Assembly: GCA_963728915.1 (NCBI GenBank)
Contig: CAVSLV010000001.1
Span: 832,001 to 896,000, forward strand
DNA length: 64,000 bases
DNA from: an uncultured Gemmatimonadales bacterium
GTDB taxonomy: Bacteria > Gemmatimonadota > Gemmatimonadetes > Gemmatimonadales > GWC2-71-9
Reading direction: 5' to 3'
Shown here one piece after another: positions 33,148 through 43,879 of the stretch (position 1 is the stretch's first letter; every line of letters begins with the position of its first letter). A program made the translations under genes and the position numbers. Below the pieces are notes generated by a model that was not told the origin of the DNA, ran no database searches, and saw only the letters and a program-made list of their open reading frames with translations.

Positions 33148-34152
33148 GTGAGCGCACTCCCGCCGCCGGGCCGGGCACCAGTGCCCCTCACGGCGGCGGG
33201 AGTGGCCGATCTGGTTGGCGGCGCCCTGGCGGGAGATCCCTTGGCCCGGCTGACCGCAGTCGGGCCGCTTCACATTGCCGACCGGGAAACCCTCTCGGTC
33301 CTGGCTTCCTCCCGCTATCTCACCGCCTTCCGGGCATCGCGGGCGGGCGCGGTGGTGCTTGGCCCGGAGCACCGGGCGGAGCCGGGGGGCCCGGCCACCC
33401 GGATTGTGGTGGCGGATCCCCAGGCCGCCCTGGCCAAAGTCCTCGGCGCGATGTATCCGGCCGCCACCCGGGCGGGCTTCATTCATCCCACCGTTCGCCT
33501 GGGCCAGCGGGTTAGGCTCGGCGCCCGGGTCCGGCTGGGCGCCGGCGTGGTGCTCGCCGATGGCGTGGCGGTGGGCGACGATTCCGACCTGGGCCCCCAC
33601 GTGGTGTGCGGGGAGGGGACCAGGATCGGGAGGCGTTGTGTCATCAAGCCGGGTGTGGTGCTCGGCAGCACCGGGTTCGGCTTCGTGGCCGGCGCCGCCG
33701 GTCCCACCCGGATACCCCATCTCGGGGGGTGCGTTCTGGGCGATGATGTCGAGATCGGGGCCAACTCCTGCGTCGATCGGGGCAGCATCACCGACACGGT
33801 GATCGGGGATGGGACCAAGCTCGACAACCTGGTCCATGTCGGGCACAACGCCCGACTCGGCGCCCGATGTCTGGTCATGGGTGGGAGCGTGATCGCGGGA
33901 AGCGCGGATATCGGTGACGACGTCATCATCGCGGGCCACGCCGCGGTTGGGGGGCATTTCCGGGTGGGGCATCGAGCGAAGATCGGCGCCAAGTCCGGGG
34001 TGATCTCGGAGGTGCCCGACGACGGCGCGGTCAGCGGGTTTCCCGCCCGTCCCCACCGGCAGTTCCTCCGCGCCCAGGCGGCGCTCTACCGGTTGGCCCC
34101 GCTGGTCTCCCGCCTCGAGGAAATCGTCCGGGTCCCGGATCAGGATGGCTAG
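33148..34152 (+). CDS. lpxD: UDP-3-O-(3-hydroxyacyl)glucosamine N-acyltransferase
   Basis: Hexapeptide repeats, GFGF, DDVEIGANSCVDRG and KLDNLVHVGHN. Confidence 0.95.
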   Translation: MSALPPPGRAPVPLTAAGVADLVGGALAGDPLARLTAVGPLHIADRETLSVLASSRYLTAFRASRAGAVVLGPEHRAEPGGPATRIVVADPQAALAKVLGAMYPAATRAGFIHPTVRLGQRVRLGARVRLGAGVVLADGVAVGDDSDLGPHVVCGEGTRIGRRCVIKPGVVLGSTGFGFVAGAAGPTRIPHLGGCVLGDDVEIGANSCVDRGSITDTVIGDGTKLDNLVHVGHNARLGARCLVMGGSVIAGSADIGDDVIIAGHAAVGGHFRVGHRAKIGAKSGVISEVPDDGAVSGFPARPHRQFLRAQAALYRLAPLVSRLEEIVRVPDQDG

Positions 34153-35416
34153 GCGAACCATCGTTTCGGATGCCTCGCTCCACGGCCTCGGTCTCCATAC
34201 CGGAGCGGAGTGCCGGCTCACCTGCCGGCCCGGAGCCCCAGGTCAGGGGATCCTGTTTCGCCGGATCGATCTTCCCGGAGCGCCGGAGATCCGCGCCGGG
34301 ATCGAACAGGTTGGAGCGACCGAACGCCGAACCGGACTGGCCCGAAACGGCGCGAACGTGGAAACGGTGGAGCACGTGCTGGCCGCGGTGTTCGCGCTGG
34401 GGGTGGATGACCTGGTGGTGGAGCTCGATGGACCCGAGCCCCCGATTCTGGACGGCTCGTTTGCGCCGTTTCTCGAGCTGCTCGAATCGGCCGGCATCCG
34501 CGAGACCGCCGGCGAGCCGCAGGTGCTTCGAGTGACCGCCCCGTTCGAGATCGCCGAAGCAGGGGCAAGCTATCGGGTGGAGCCCTGCGATGGGTTCCGC
34601 CTCACCGTGACGATCGAGTGGGACCACCCCCTGATCGGACGGCAAACCGGCGCCTGGGACATCGGATTGCAGGTATTCCGCCAAGAGCTCGCGGCGGCGC
34701 GCACCTTCGGATTCACCCGTGAAGTGGACACCCTTCGGAGTCAGGGACTGCTCAAGGGCGGTTCCACCGATTCGGCGGTAGTCTTAACCGAGGACGCCGT
34801 GCTGGGAACCCGGCTCCGCTGGCCCGATGAGTTCGTTCGGCACAAGAGCGGCGACCTCCTCGGCGATCTGGCCCTGCTGGGGGCCCGGATCGAAGCCCAC
34901 ATCATCGCCGAACGCCCCAGCCATCGCGGGAACGTCGCGCTGGCCCGCGCTCTCAGGGATCATTCTCTTCACCAGGGAGGCCGGATGCTCGACATTACCC
35001 GGATCATGGAGGTGCTCCCTCATCGATATCCCATTCTGCTGGTCGATCGGGTCCTCGAGCTCGATCCCGGCCGTCGGGTGGTGGCGCTCAAGAACGTCAC
35101 CATCAATGAGCCGTTTTTTCAGGGCCATTTTCCCGGACACCCCATCATGCCGGGCGTCCTGATCGTGGAGGCCATGGCGCAGGCGGGCGGCATGCTGCTG
35201 ATGGATCAGCTCACCGCGACGCCGGGCAAGGTGGTCTACTTCATGGCGCTCGACAAGGTGAAGTTCCGGAAACCGGTGCGCCCCGGCGACCAGCTCCGGC
35301 TGGAGGTGAGCGTACTTCAGATCCGCGGAGTGAATTGCCGGATGAAGGGGATCGCCTCGGTCGAGGGTACGCCGGTGGCGGAAGGGGAGATGCTTGCCCG
35401 CATCGTGGATCCGTGA
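34145..35416 (+). CDS. lpxC-fabZ: Bifunctional LpxC deacetylase / FabZ dehydratase
   Basis: LpxC: GLGLHTG, TVEH, ARTFGF and EFVRHK..D..GD. FabZ: LPHRYPILLVD and FQGHFPGHPIMPGVLIVEAMAQ. One continuous ORF. Confidence 0.95.
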   Translation: MARRTIVSDASLHGLGLHTGAECRLTCRPGAPGQGILFRRIDLPGAPEIRAGIEQVGATERRTGLARNGANVETVEHVLAAVFALGVDDLVVELDGPEPPILDGSFAPFLELLESAGIRETAGEPQVLRVTAPFEIAEAGASYRVEPCDGFRLTVTIEWDHPLIGRQTGAWDIGLQVFRQELAAARTFGFTREVDTLRSQGLLKGGSTDSAVVLTEDAVLGTRLRWPDEFVRHKSGDLLGDLALLGARIEAHIIAERPSHRGNVALARALRDHSLHQGGRMLDITRIMEVLPHRYPILLVDRVLELDPGRRVVALKNVTINEPFFQGHFPGHPIMPGVLIVEAMAQAGGMLLMDQLTATPGKVVYFMALDKVKFRKPVRPGDQLRLEVSVLQIRGVNCRMKGIASVEGTPVAEGEMLARIVDP

Positions 35417-36186
35417 GCGCCATTCACCCGACCGCCCTCATCGACCCCGCCGCCGAGGTTGCAGCAGGGGTGGAGATCGGCCCATTCGCCATTGTGGGCC
35501 CGGGCGTCACCATCGGACCAGGATGCCGGCTGGGTCCCCGGGTCACCATAACCCGCAACACCAGGCTGGGCCGCAACGTCCGGGTGGGGGACGGCACCAT
35601 CCTCGGCGGAGACCCCCAGGACCTCAAGTATCGGGGCGAGGAGACCTGGCTCGACGTCGGCGACGACGTCGTGATTCGGGAGTACTCCACCATCAATCGC
35701 GGCACCGCACGATCCGAAGCCACCCGGATCGGAACCCGCTGCTATGTCATGAGCTACGTGCACGTCGCCCACGATTGTCGGGTCGGGGATCGGGCGACAC
35801 TCGCCAACGGGGTGCAGCTCGCCGGTCACGTGACGATCGAGGAGGGAGCGAATCTCTCCGGGCTGGTGGCGGTGCACCAGTTCGCCACCATCGGGGCGTT
35901 CGCCTTCATCGGCGGGTGCAGCCGGGTGAGTCAGGACATCCCGCCGTTCGTGATGGCGGTGGGGAATCCGGTCGAGCTGTTCGGACTCAATATCGTCGGG
36001 CTCCAGCGCACCGGCATGGCGGCCGAAACGATCGCGGCGCTCAAACGACTGTACCGGCTGATGTTCAATTCCAGTCTCAATTTTTCCCAGGCCATCGAGC
36101 GCGCTCGCCTCGAGTTGCCGGCCCTGTCCGAAGTTCAGCGTTTTATCGATTTCGTCGCCCGGTCGGAGCGCGGGGTCCCCGCGTGA
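35413..36186 (+). CDS. lpxA: Acyl-ACP--UDP-N-acetylglucosamine O-acyltransferase
   Basis: IHPTALID, PQDLKYRGE, INRGT, HVAHDC and AVHQF; GTG overlaps the lpxC-fabZ stop. Confidence 0.95.
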   Translation: MSAIHPTALIDPAAEVAAGVEIGPFAIVGPGVTIGPGCRLGPRVTITRNTRLGRNVRVGDGTILGGDPQDLKYRGEETWLDVGDDVVIREYSTINRGTARSEATRIGTRCYVMSYVHVAHDCRVGDRATLANGVQLAGHVTIEEGANLSGLVAVHQFATIGAFAFIGGCSRVSQDIPPFVMAVGNPVELFGLNIVGLQRTGMAAETIAALKRLYRLMFNSSLNFSQAIERARLELPALSEVQRFIDFVARSERGVPA

Positions 36187-36218
36187 GCCGGCTCGGCCGG
36201 TCCCCCTGAACCACGGCG

Positions 36219-37339
36219 GTGCCAGCTGCACCGCGGATTCTGATCTCGGCGGGTGAACCGTCGGGAGACGCTCATGCCGCCGCCCTGGTGCCGGAGCTGC
36301 TCACCCGATTCCCCCGCGCCGCCATTCATGCGCTCGGCGGATCCCGGCTTGCCGCCGCTGGCGCCAAGCTGCTGCATCCTACGGCTGAATTGAGCGTCAT
36401 GGGGGGAGTCGAGATTCTCACCAGCCTGCCCCGGCATCTCCGCTTGCTCCGGGATCTGGGATCGCGGCTTCGCCGAGCCTCCTACGACCTGGTGATCACC
36501 GTCGACTACCCGGGATTCAATCTGCGGCTCGCCGAGCTATCGCGACGGGCCGAGGTTCCGGTTCTCAACTACATCCCCCCCAAACACTGGGCAACCAGAA
36601 GCCGCCTGACCCGGCGATACGGAGCGGCGGTGGACCGAGTGGCTTGCATCCTGCCTTTCGAGCCAGAATACTTCGCGCCGTTCGGAATCCGGGCGGAATA
36701 CGTGGGCCATCCGTTGCTCGATCGGCCCGCTCCCCCCAGCCGGGAGCGGGCGAGGCGGGCCTCGGCATCGGGGTCGAGGCCCGGGTTCTGGCACTCTTTC
36801 CGGGAAGCCGGAGACAGGAAATCGAGAGACTCTGGCCTGCGTTTCGCGACGCGGGTATCGGTCTCCTCCGTGCCGGCGACTGTCAGCGGGTGATCGTGGG
36901 CGGCGTACCGGGCCTGAGCTATCCTGATCCGGGCGCGGTCGAGATCGTGGCAAGCCCGACCGAATGGATCCTGGCGGCCTCCGATGCCGCCATCGTCAAA
37001 TCGGGAACCATCACCCTCGAAGCGGCCCTGTCCGGGGTCCCCATGGTCGTGGCGTATCGAGTTCATCCCGTGACCGGCTGGCTGGCCCGCCGGTTGCTCG
37101 AGGTGCACTGGATCAGTTTGGTGAATCTGCTGGCAGGATTGAGCCTGGTTCCGGAGTTTCTCCAAGGTGAGGCAACTCCGGATCGCCTGAGCCAGGCCGT
37201 TCGCCCCCTGCTGGCGCCGGCAGGTCAGGAAGCCCGCGCGCAGCGGGAAGGTTTCGGGCGGATCAAGACCATGCTCGGAGGGTCCGGGGCGGCCCGCCGG
37301 GTGGCCGGAATCGCCGCCGAGCTGCTCGGACACCCATGA
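36219..37339 (+). CDS. lpxB: Lipid-A-disaccharide synthase, apparent frameshift at ~36757-36761
   Basis: N-half AGEPSGD, DYPGFN, ILPFE and YVGHPL; C-half in a different frame with LFPGSRRQEI, KSGTITLE, PMVVAY and VPEFLQ. Confidence 0.9.
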
Positions 37340-37971
37340 CCCGCGCGTCGATCGTCGGCGCCGTGGCTGGGCCGCTCCTGGCGCTTCTCTCCAGAACCTG
37401 GCGCATTGAGCTGGGGGGTGCCGACGAGGAATGCAGCGAGATGACGAGGAAGCAACGGCCGTATGTACTTCTCGCCTGGCACGAAGCCATGCTCCCTTTG
37501 CTCTGGCATCATCGAGGGACGGGCATGACCATCGTGGTGAGTGAGGGCAGGGAAGGTCGATACCTGGCGGCCTATGCTCGACGCCTGGGATACCATGAAT
37601 CGCGCGGCTCCAGCTCACGCGGCGGCGTGCGCGCCATGCTTGGCGCGGTGCGTGCCCTCCGATCCGGCCGCACAGCGGCCTTCACCCCTGATGGTCCCCG
37701 CGGTCCTCGCCGGGAGTTCAAGGGGGGAGGCGTGCTCGCCGCCCAGCGAGCCGGAGTGCCGGTGGTCCCGGTCCATGCCCACTCGGAACGAGCTTGGCGG
37801 GCAGGGAGCTGGGATCGGCTCCTGGTCCCCAAGCCGTTCGCGAGGGTGCGGATCGCCTACGGGTCCATCTTCGCGGTTCGGAGTGGAGAGGAAGCACTCC
37901 GGGAGGCGGAGGAGAGGGCCCGCGTTGAGCTGGCTCGGGCCGTCCATTGCGCGGAAACCCCGGCACCATGA
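37336..37971 (+). CDS. DUF374 / lysophospholipid acyltransferase-like protein
   Basis: LAWH, RGSSSRGG, FTPDGPRGP and SWDR..VPKPF. Confidence 0.85.
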   Translation: MTRASIVGAVAGPLLALLSRTWRIELGGADEECSEMTRKQRPYVLLAWHEAMLPLLWHHRGTGMTIVVSEGREGRYLAAYARRLGYHESRGSSSRGGVRAMLGAVRALRSGRTAAFTPDGPRGPRREFKGGGVLAAQRAGVPVVPVHAHSERAWRAGSWDRLLVPKPFARVRIAYGSIFAVRSGEEALREAEERARVELARAVHCAETPAP

Positions 37972-39011
37972 GCCGCCGGGGAAGCGGTCGCTTTCTCCGC
38001 TGGCTGTGGACCAGCCGGCGCGCCGATGCCAGCCTTCTCAGGCTGGTGTTGCTGCCTCTCTCGGGCCTTTGGATGATCGGGGTTGCGCTACGCAACCTCC
38101 GCTTTGATCGCGGATCGGCCCCGGTTCGCAGGCTCCCCCTTCCCGCCATCGGGGTAGGGAACCTGAGCGTAGGTGGATCGGGGAAGACGCCCGTGGCGGG
38201 CTGGATCGGGGAGCATTTCGCGTCGCGGGGGATCCTTCCCGGAATCCTGACCAGCGGGTACGGTCGGGACGAGGTCCTGCTCCATCAGCACCGGCTTCCG
38301 ACCGCCAGGGTCGTCGCGGATCCCGACCGGATTCGCGCCGGGGAGCGAGCGGCAGAGGAAGGAGCCGGCGTGCTGATCCTCGACGATGCCTATCAGCTTC
38401 GGGGCGTGGCCCGTGACTTCAACCTCCTCGTCATCAGCGCCGAGACCGCCCGGGCGGTTCCCTGGCTCCTGCCGGCGGGACCCTGGCGCGAAGGCCGAAG
38501 GGCCCTTGCCCGGGCTGACGGGATCGTCATAACCCGGAAGCGCGCCTCCCTCGCCGTCGCCCGCGAGGTGCTGGTCGCCTCGCTGCCCCGGATCAGACCG
38601 GGTGGCCCGGGTGGCATCGTACGGCTGGAAGTGTCCCGCTACGAGGGACTGGAGTCGGGCAAACCGACTCCAGTCGAAGCCCTCCGGGACCGGCGAGTGG
38701 TCGCGGCCTCGGCGATCGCTGATCCGGCGCCGTTCGTCGCCCAGACCAAGGCGACCGGCGCCCTGGTCCAGGTGGCGAGCTGGCCTGATCATCATGATTA
38801 CCAGGATGAGGACGTCGCCTGGCTGGCCAAGGCCGCGCGCAAGGCCGATTTTCTGGTGATCACCCAGAAGGACGCGGTCAAGCTCCGAGGGCGATGGCCC
38901 GCCATGGTCCCGGAACCCCTGGTCGCGATGCTCGAGCTCAGCTGGGAAGCGGGCCAGGATGAGATCGCCGCCGCCCTGGATGCGGTTATCCCCCGCGGCG
39001 GGGTCCGGTAG
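37968..39011 (+). CDS. lpxK: Tetraacyldisaccharide 4'-kinase
   Basis: [32 protein letters not shown] and ITQKDAVK. Confidence 0.92.
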   Translation: MSRRGSGRFLRWLWTSRRADASLLRLVLLPLSGLWMIGVALRNLRFDRGSAPVRRLPLPAIGVGNLSVGGSGKTPVAGWIGEHFASRGILPGILTSGYGRDEVLLHQHRLPTARVVADPDRIRAGERAAEEGAGVLILDDAYQLRGVARDFNLLVISAETARAVPWLLPAGPWREGRRALARADGIVITRKRASLAVAREVLVASLPRIRPGGPGGIVRLEVSRYEGLESGKPTPVEALRDRRVVAASAIADPAPFVAQTKATGALVQVASWPDHHDYQDEDVAWLAKAARKADFLVITQKDAVKLRGRWPAMVPEPLVAMLELSWEAGQDEIAAALDAVIPRGGVR

Positions 39012-39049
39012 TACTTTTCTCCCACGCATTCCCATTGGAGATGTTGAAC

Positions 39050-40351
<1,302 letters not shown>

Positions 40352-40366
40352 TCGCCTGCGACGTCG

Positions 40367-40825
40367 ATGCGAACCCTCCTGCTCGCGGTCGGCAAACTCC
40401 GCCCCAGCGTTCGCGAGGGCTGCGACGAATACCTGATCCGTATCCGGCGGTACGGCCCCATCGACGAGCGGGAAATCCGGGAAGCGGGACGCGCGTCCAC
40501 GCCGGCGCTGCGGCGCAAGGAGGAATCCGCCCGCCTGGCCGGCGCGATCCCCGAAGGCGCTCAGATCGTCCTGCTCGACCGTGACGGGGCCAGCTGGAGC
40601 AGCGAGGGCCTGGCGGAGCGGCTCGATCGGTGGCGGAACAACCGCTCGGTGATCGCCCTGGTGATCGGCGGCGCCTTTGGTCTCGATCCGACCGGCTTCG
40701 GGCCCCAGGCGATCCGCTGGAGCCTCGGGCCGCTCACGTTCCCCCATGAGCTGGCCCGGCTCATCGTGCTCGAGCAGTGGTATCGCGCCTGGACGATCCT
40801 TCGGAGGGAAGCCTACCACAAGTGA
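40367..40825 (+). CDS. rlmH: 23S rRNA pseudouridine-1915 N3-methyltransferase
   Basis: AVGK, IGGAFG, SLGPLTFPHELARL, EQWYRA and C-terminal YHK. Confidence 0.93.
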   Translation: MRTLLLAVGKLRPSVREGCDEYLIRIRRYGPIDEREIREAGRASTPALRRKEESARLAGAIPEGAQIVLLDRDGASWSSEGLAERLDRWRNNRSVIALVIGGAFGLDPTGFGPQAIRWSLGPLTFPHELARLIVLEQWYRAWTILRREAYHK

Positions 40826-42321
40826 CCCTCCCCATCGTTGACACTCCCATCAACGAGCCGGTCCCCCCCGTCTCGCCCCGGGAGGGCGGCTGGAATCCCG
40901 CGCTCCTGCCGGCGCTGGTCGGACCGCCTGGCAAAGACCTCCTGGCCCGGCTCCGGCTGCCCGATGCGCTGGTCGTGACCACCGGCCAGCAACCGGGCCT
41001 CTTCACCGGACCGGCGTACGCCATTACCAAGGCCCTTTCCGCACGAGGACTCGCCAGGACGCTGGAGCAGCGATGGCAGCGACCCGTCATCCCGGTGTAT
41101 TGGGTTCCCGGTGATGACCACGACCTTCGAGAGGCGGGGACGGTCGCCTGGATTGGGGCCGACGGCGCCCTGGTGTCGGCCTCGCTTCCCGATCGCCCCT
41201 CCGACGCACCGCTCACCCCGATGTTCCGGGAGGTCCTGGGCCCCGCGATCAGCGATGCCCTTGAGCGGTTCGAGCGCTCCTTTGCCGATACCCCCGAACG
41301 AGAAGCAACGCTGGGCTGGCTCCGGCGGCACTACACCCCCCATGCGACCGTAGCGGGCTCCTATGCTGCCGCCCTCGCGGAGCTGCTCGCCCCACTCGGC
41401 ATCGTCTGCCTGGATAGCACCCATCCCTCGGTCAAGCGCGAAGCCGGGACGTTCCTGGTCCGCGCCCTGGAGCAAGCGGATCAGCTCGGCGGCGTGCTGG
41501 CCGGGCAGAACCAGCGCCTCAAGGCACGGGGGATCGACGCCGGCGTCCCGATCGAGGAGGGAGCCTCACTGGTATTCCTCGAAGGCCGGATGGGACGCGA
41601 CCGTCTGGTGCGGAGCGGAGCACCCGAGCGATTTCAGCTCCGCCGCACCCACGAGCAGTTCAGCCTCGACGAGCTTCGGGCTATTGCCGCCACCGATCCA
41701 ACCCGGCTTTCCGCCAACGTCCTCCTGCGGCCCGTGCTCGAAAGCGCCCTGGTACCCACGGTGGCCTACGTGGCTGGGCCCGCGGAGCTCCGGTATCTGG
41801 CGCTCACCGAGCCCTTGTATGACGTATTGAAGGTCCCGCGGCAACAACCGGTGCCACGCTGGTCCGGGCTCCTGATCGAGCCCCGGGTCACCCGGGTGCT
41901 CAAGAAGCAGGGGGTCGGTCTCGACGAGCTGGTCGTCGAAGGAGCGCTGGAGTCCAACATCGCTCGCCGGGCCTTCCCGGCCGGGACCGAGGACGCACTC
42001 CGCGCGCTGATGCAGGCGATCGAGCAACGCTATCCGCCGGTGATCCGCGCGGCGGCGGCGATCGATCCCACCCTCGAAGCCAGGGCCGACGGCGCGAGAC
42101 GCCGGGCGCTCTTCGAGGCCGAGGCGCTGGAAAAGAAACTCATTCAACACGCGAAGAAGCGGGAGCGGACCGAGATCGAGCAGATCGTGCTGGCCCGAAC
42201 CTCGGTGCGGCCTCATGGAAAACCCCAGGAGCGGGTGATTTCCCTGTCGGGATTCCTCGCCCGATACGGACCCATGGTCCTGGAGGAGCTGGCGGATCAC
42301 ATCGCGCGCTGGTATGGCTGA
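40822..42321 (+). CDS. bshC: Bacillithiol biosynthesis cysteine-adding enzyme
   Basis: VTTGQQPGLFTGP, W..GDDHD, SANVLLRP, YVAGPAELRY and PQER. Confidence 0.88.
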   Translation: MTLPIVDTPINEPVPPVSPREGGWNPALLPALVGPPGKDLLARLRLPDALVVTTGQQPGLFTGPAYAITKALSARGLARTLEQRWQRPVIPVYWVPGDDHDLREAGTVAWIGADGALVSASLPDRPSDAPLTPMFREVLGPAISDALERFERSFADTPEREATLGWLRRHYTPHATVAGSYAAALAELLAPLGIVCLDSTHPSVKREAGTFLVRALEQADQLGGVLAGQNQRLKARGIDAGVPIEEGASLVFLEGRMGRDRLVRSGAPERFQLRRTHEQFSLDELRAIAATDPTRLSANVLLRPVLESALVPTVAYVAGPAELRYLALTEPLYDVLKVPRQQPVPRWSGLLIEPRVTRVLKKQGVGLDELVVEGALESNIARRAFPAGTEDALRALMQAIEQRYPPVIRAAAAIDPTLEARADGARRRALFEAEALEKKLIQHAKKRERTEIEQIVLARTSVRPHGKPQERVISLSGFLARYGPMVLEELADHIARWYG

Positions 42322-43879
42322 GCCGCGGCGCTCCGCGGCGCCCCTCGTGGCTGCCGGGATCCTGCTCAGCCGGATCGCCGGACTCGTCCGGCAGCGGGTC
42401 CTGGCGCATTTCCTGGGACTGACGGATGCGGCCGATGCCTTTGCCGCGGCGTTCCGGATTCCCAATTTCCTCCAGAATCTGTTCGGCGAAGGCGTGCTGA
42501 GCGCGTCGTTCATTCCGGTGTACGCCCGACTCAACGCCGAAAACCGTCAAGCCGATGCCCGAAAGGTTGCCGGGGCGGTGGCGGCGCTCCTGGCCGTGAC
42601 GGTCGCGGCGCTGGTCGCGCTCGGGGTCACGTTCGCTCCGGCGATCACCTCGGTCATTGCCGTAGGTTTCAGCGGGGAGAAGCGCGCCCTGGTCACCCGG
42701 CTGGTGCGCATCCTCTTTCCCGGTACCGGGTTTCTGGTCTTTTCTGCCTGGTGCCTCGGTATTCTCAACAGCCACAGGAAGTTTCTCCTTTCGTACACCG
42801 CGCCGGTCGTGTGGAACGCCGCGATCATCGCCGCCGCGATCCTCTCTCCCGCCGCCGCGGCGTCCGCCACGCTGGTCATCTGGGTGGCCTGGGGCGCGGT
42901 GGTGGGCGGGCTGCTTCAGTTCGCGGTGCAGCTTCCGCCGGTATTCCGGCTGCTTCGATCGCTCCCCGTGGGAATACCGCTCCGCGATCCGTCTACCCGG
43001 CTGGTCCTCCGGAACTTCGTGCCCGCGTTCGTCGGCCGCGGGGTGGTCCAGATCAGCGCCTTCGTCGACGCGATCCTGGCGAGTCTCCTGCCCACCGGCG
43101 CCCTCGCCGGCCTGGCCAACGCACAGACTCTGTATACCTTGCCCGTCAGTCTCTTCGGGATGTCGGTGGCCGCCGCCGAGCTGCCCGAGCTTTCCGCCGA
43201 GGCGGGAGCGGGGGAGGAGGCGTACACCCGGCTCCGCAATCGAATCGAAACGGGCATGGCCCAGATCGCGTTCTTCATCATTCCCTCGATGTTTGCGATG
43301 GTGGCCCTCGGCCAGGTGATCGCCGCCGCGGTCTTCCAGACCGGACTATTCAGCCGAGCCGATGCCGACTACGTGTGGGGAATTCTGGCGGGCTCCGCGG
43401 TCGGTTTGCTCGCGGGTACGCTGGGTCGCCTCTACGCTTCGGCCTGGTACGCCCTTCACGATGCCAGGACGCCGCTCCGGTTCGCCCTGATTCGGGTCGC
43501 CGCCACCATCGCTCTCGGTTACATCGCGGCGCTCTACCTGCCGCAATGGATCGGGATCGAAGCGCGCTGGGGTGCCGCCGGGCTCACCGCTTCCGCCGGA
43601 GTCGCCGGCTGGCTCGAATTCACCCTCCTGCGGCGAAGCCTGACCCGCCGGATCGGGCCGACTGGTTTTCCGCCGGGTTACCTGGTGCGGCTCTGGACCG
43701 CGGGCGCGCTGGCGAGCGCGGCAGGGTGGGGCGTCCTGCTCCTGCTGCATGGGCGCTGGGGCGCCATTGCCACCGCCCTCGCCGTCCTGTTTCCTTTCGG
43801 TATCGTCTATCTGGCCGGGACGGTGCTGCTTCGAGTGCCGCTGGCTCTTCGACTGGTGAACCGAATCTCCTTCGTATGA
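42314..43879 (+). CDS. murJ: Lipid II flippase MurJ (MviN)
   Basis: SRIAGLVR, AFRIPN..QNLFGEG.LSASFIP, YTLPVSLFG and YALHDARTP. Confidence 0.93.
   Translation: MAEPRRSAAPLVAAGILLSRIAGLVRQRVLAHFLGLTDAADAFAAAFRIPNFLQNLFGEGVLSASFIPVYARLNAENRQADARKVAGAVAALLAVTVAALVALGVTFAPAITSVIAVGFSGEKRALVTRLVRILFPGTGFLVFSAWCLGILNSHRKFLLSYTAPVVWNAAIIAAAILSPAAAASATLVIWVAWGAVVGGLLQFAVQLPPVFRLLRSLPVGIPLRDPSTRLVLRNFVPAFVGRGVVQISAFVDAILASLLPTGALAGLANAQTLYTLPVSLFGMSVAAAELPELSAEAGAGEEAYTRLRNRIETGMAQIAFFIIPSMFAMVALGQVIAAAVFQTGLFSRADADYVWGILAGSAVGLLAGTLGRLYASAWYALHDARTPLRFALIRVAATIALGYIAALYLPQWIGIEARWGAAGLTASAGVAGWLEFTLLRRSLTRRIGPTGFPPGYLVRLWTAGALASAAGWGVLLLLHGRWGAIATALAVLFPFGIVYLAGTVLLRVPLALRLVNRISFV

Noticed and set aside
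34145..35416. LpxC-FabZ fusion as a novelty
   Set aside because: Real, but a known bifunctional arrangement in several diderm phyla.
42751..43875. Long N-terminal extensions on uvrC (also lysS from 21817, der from 50947, gpsA from 53057)
   Set aside because: The extensions are Arg/Pro/Gly-rich off-frame reads of the upstream gene; true starts overlap the upstream stop codons.
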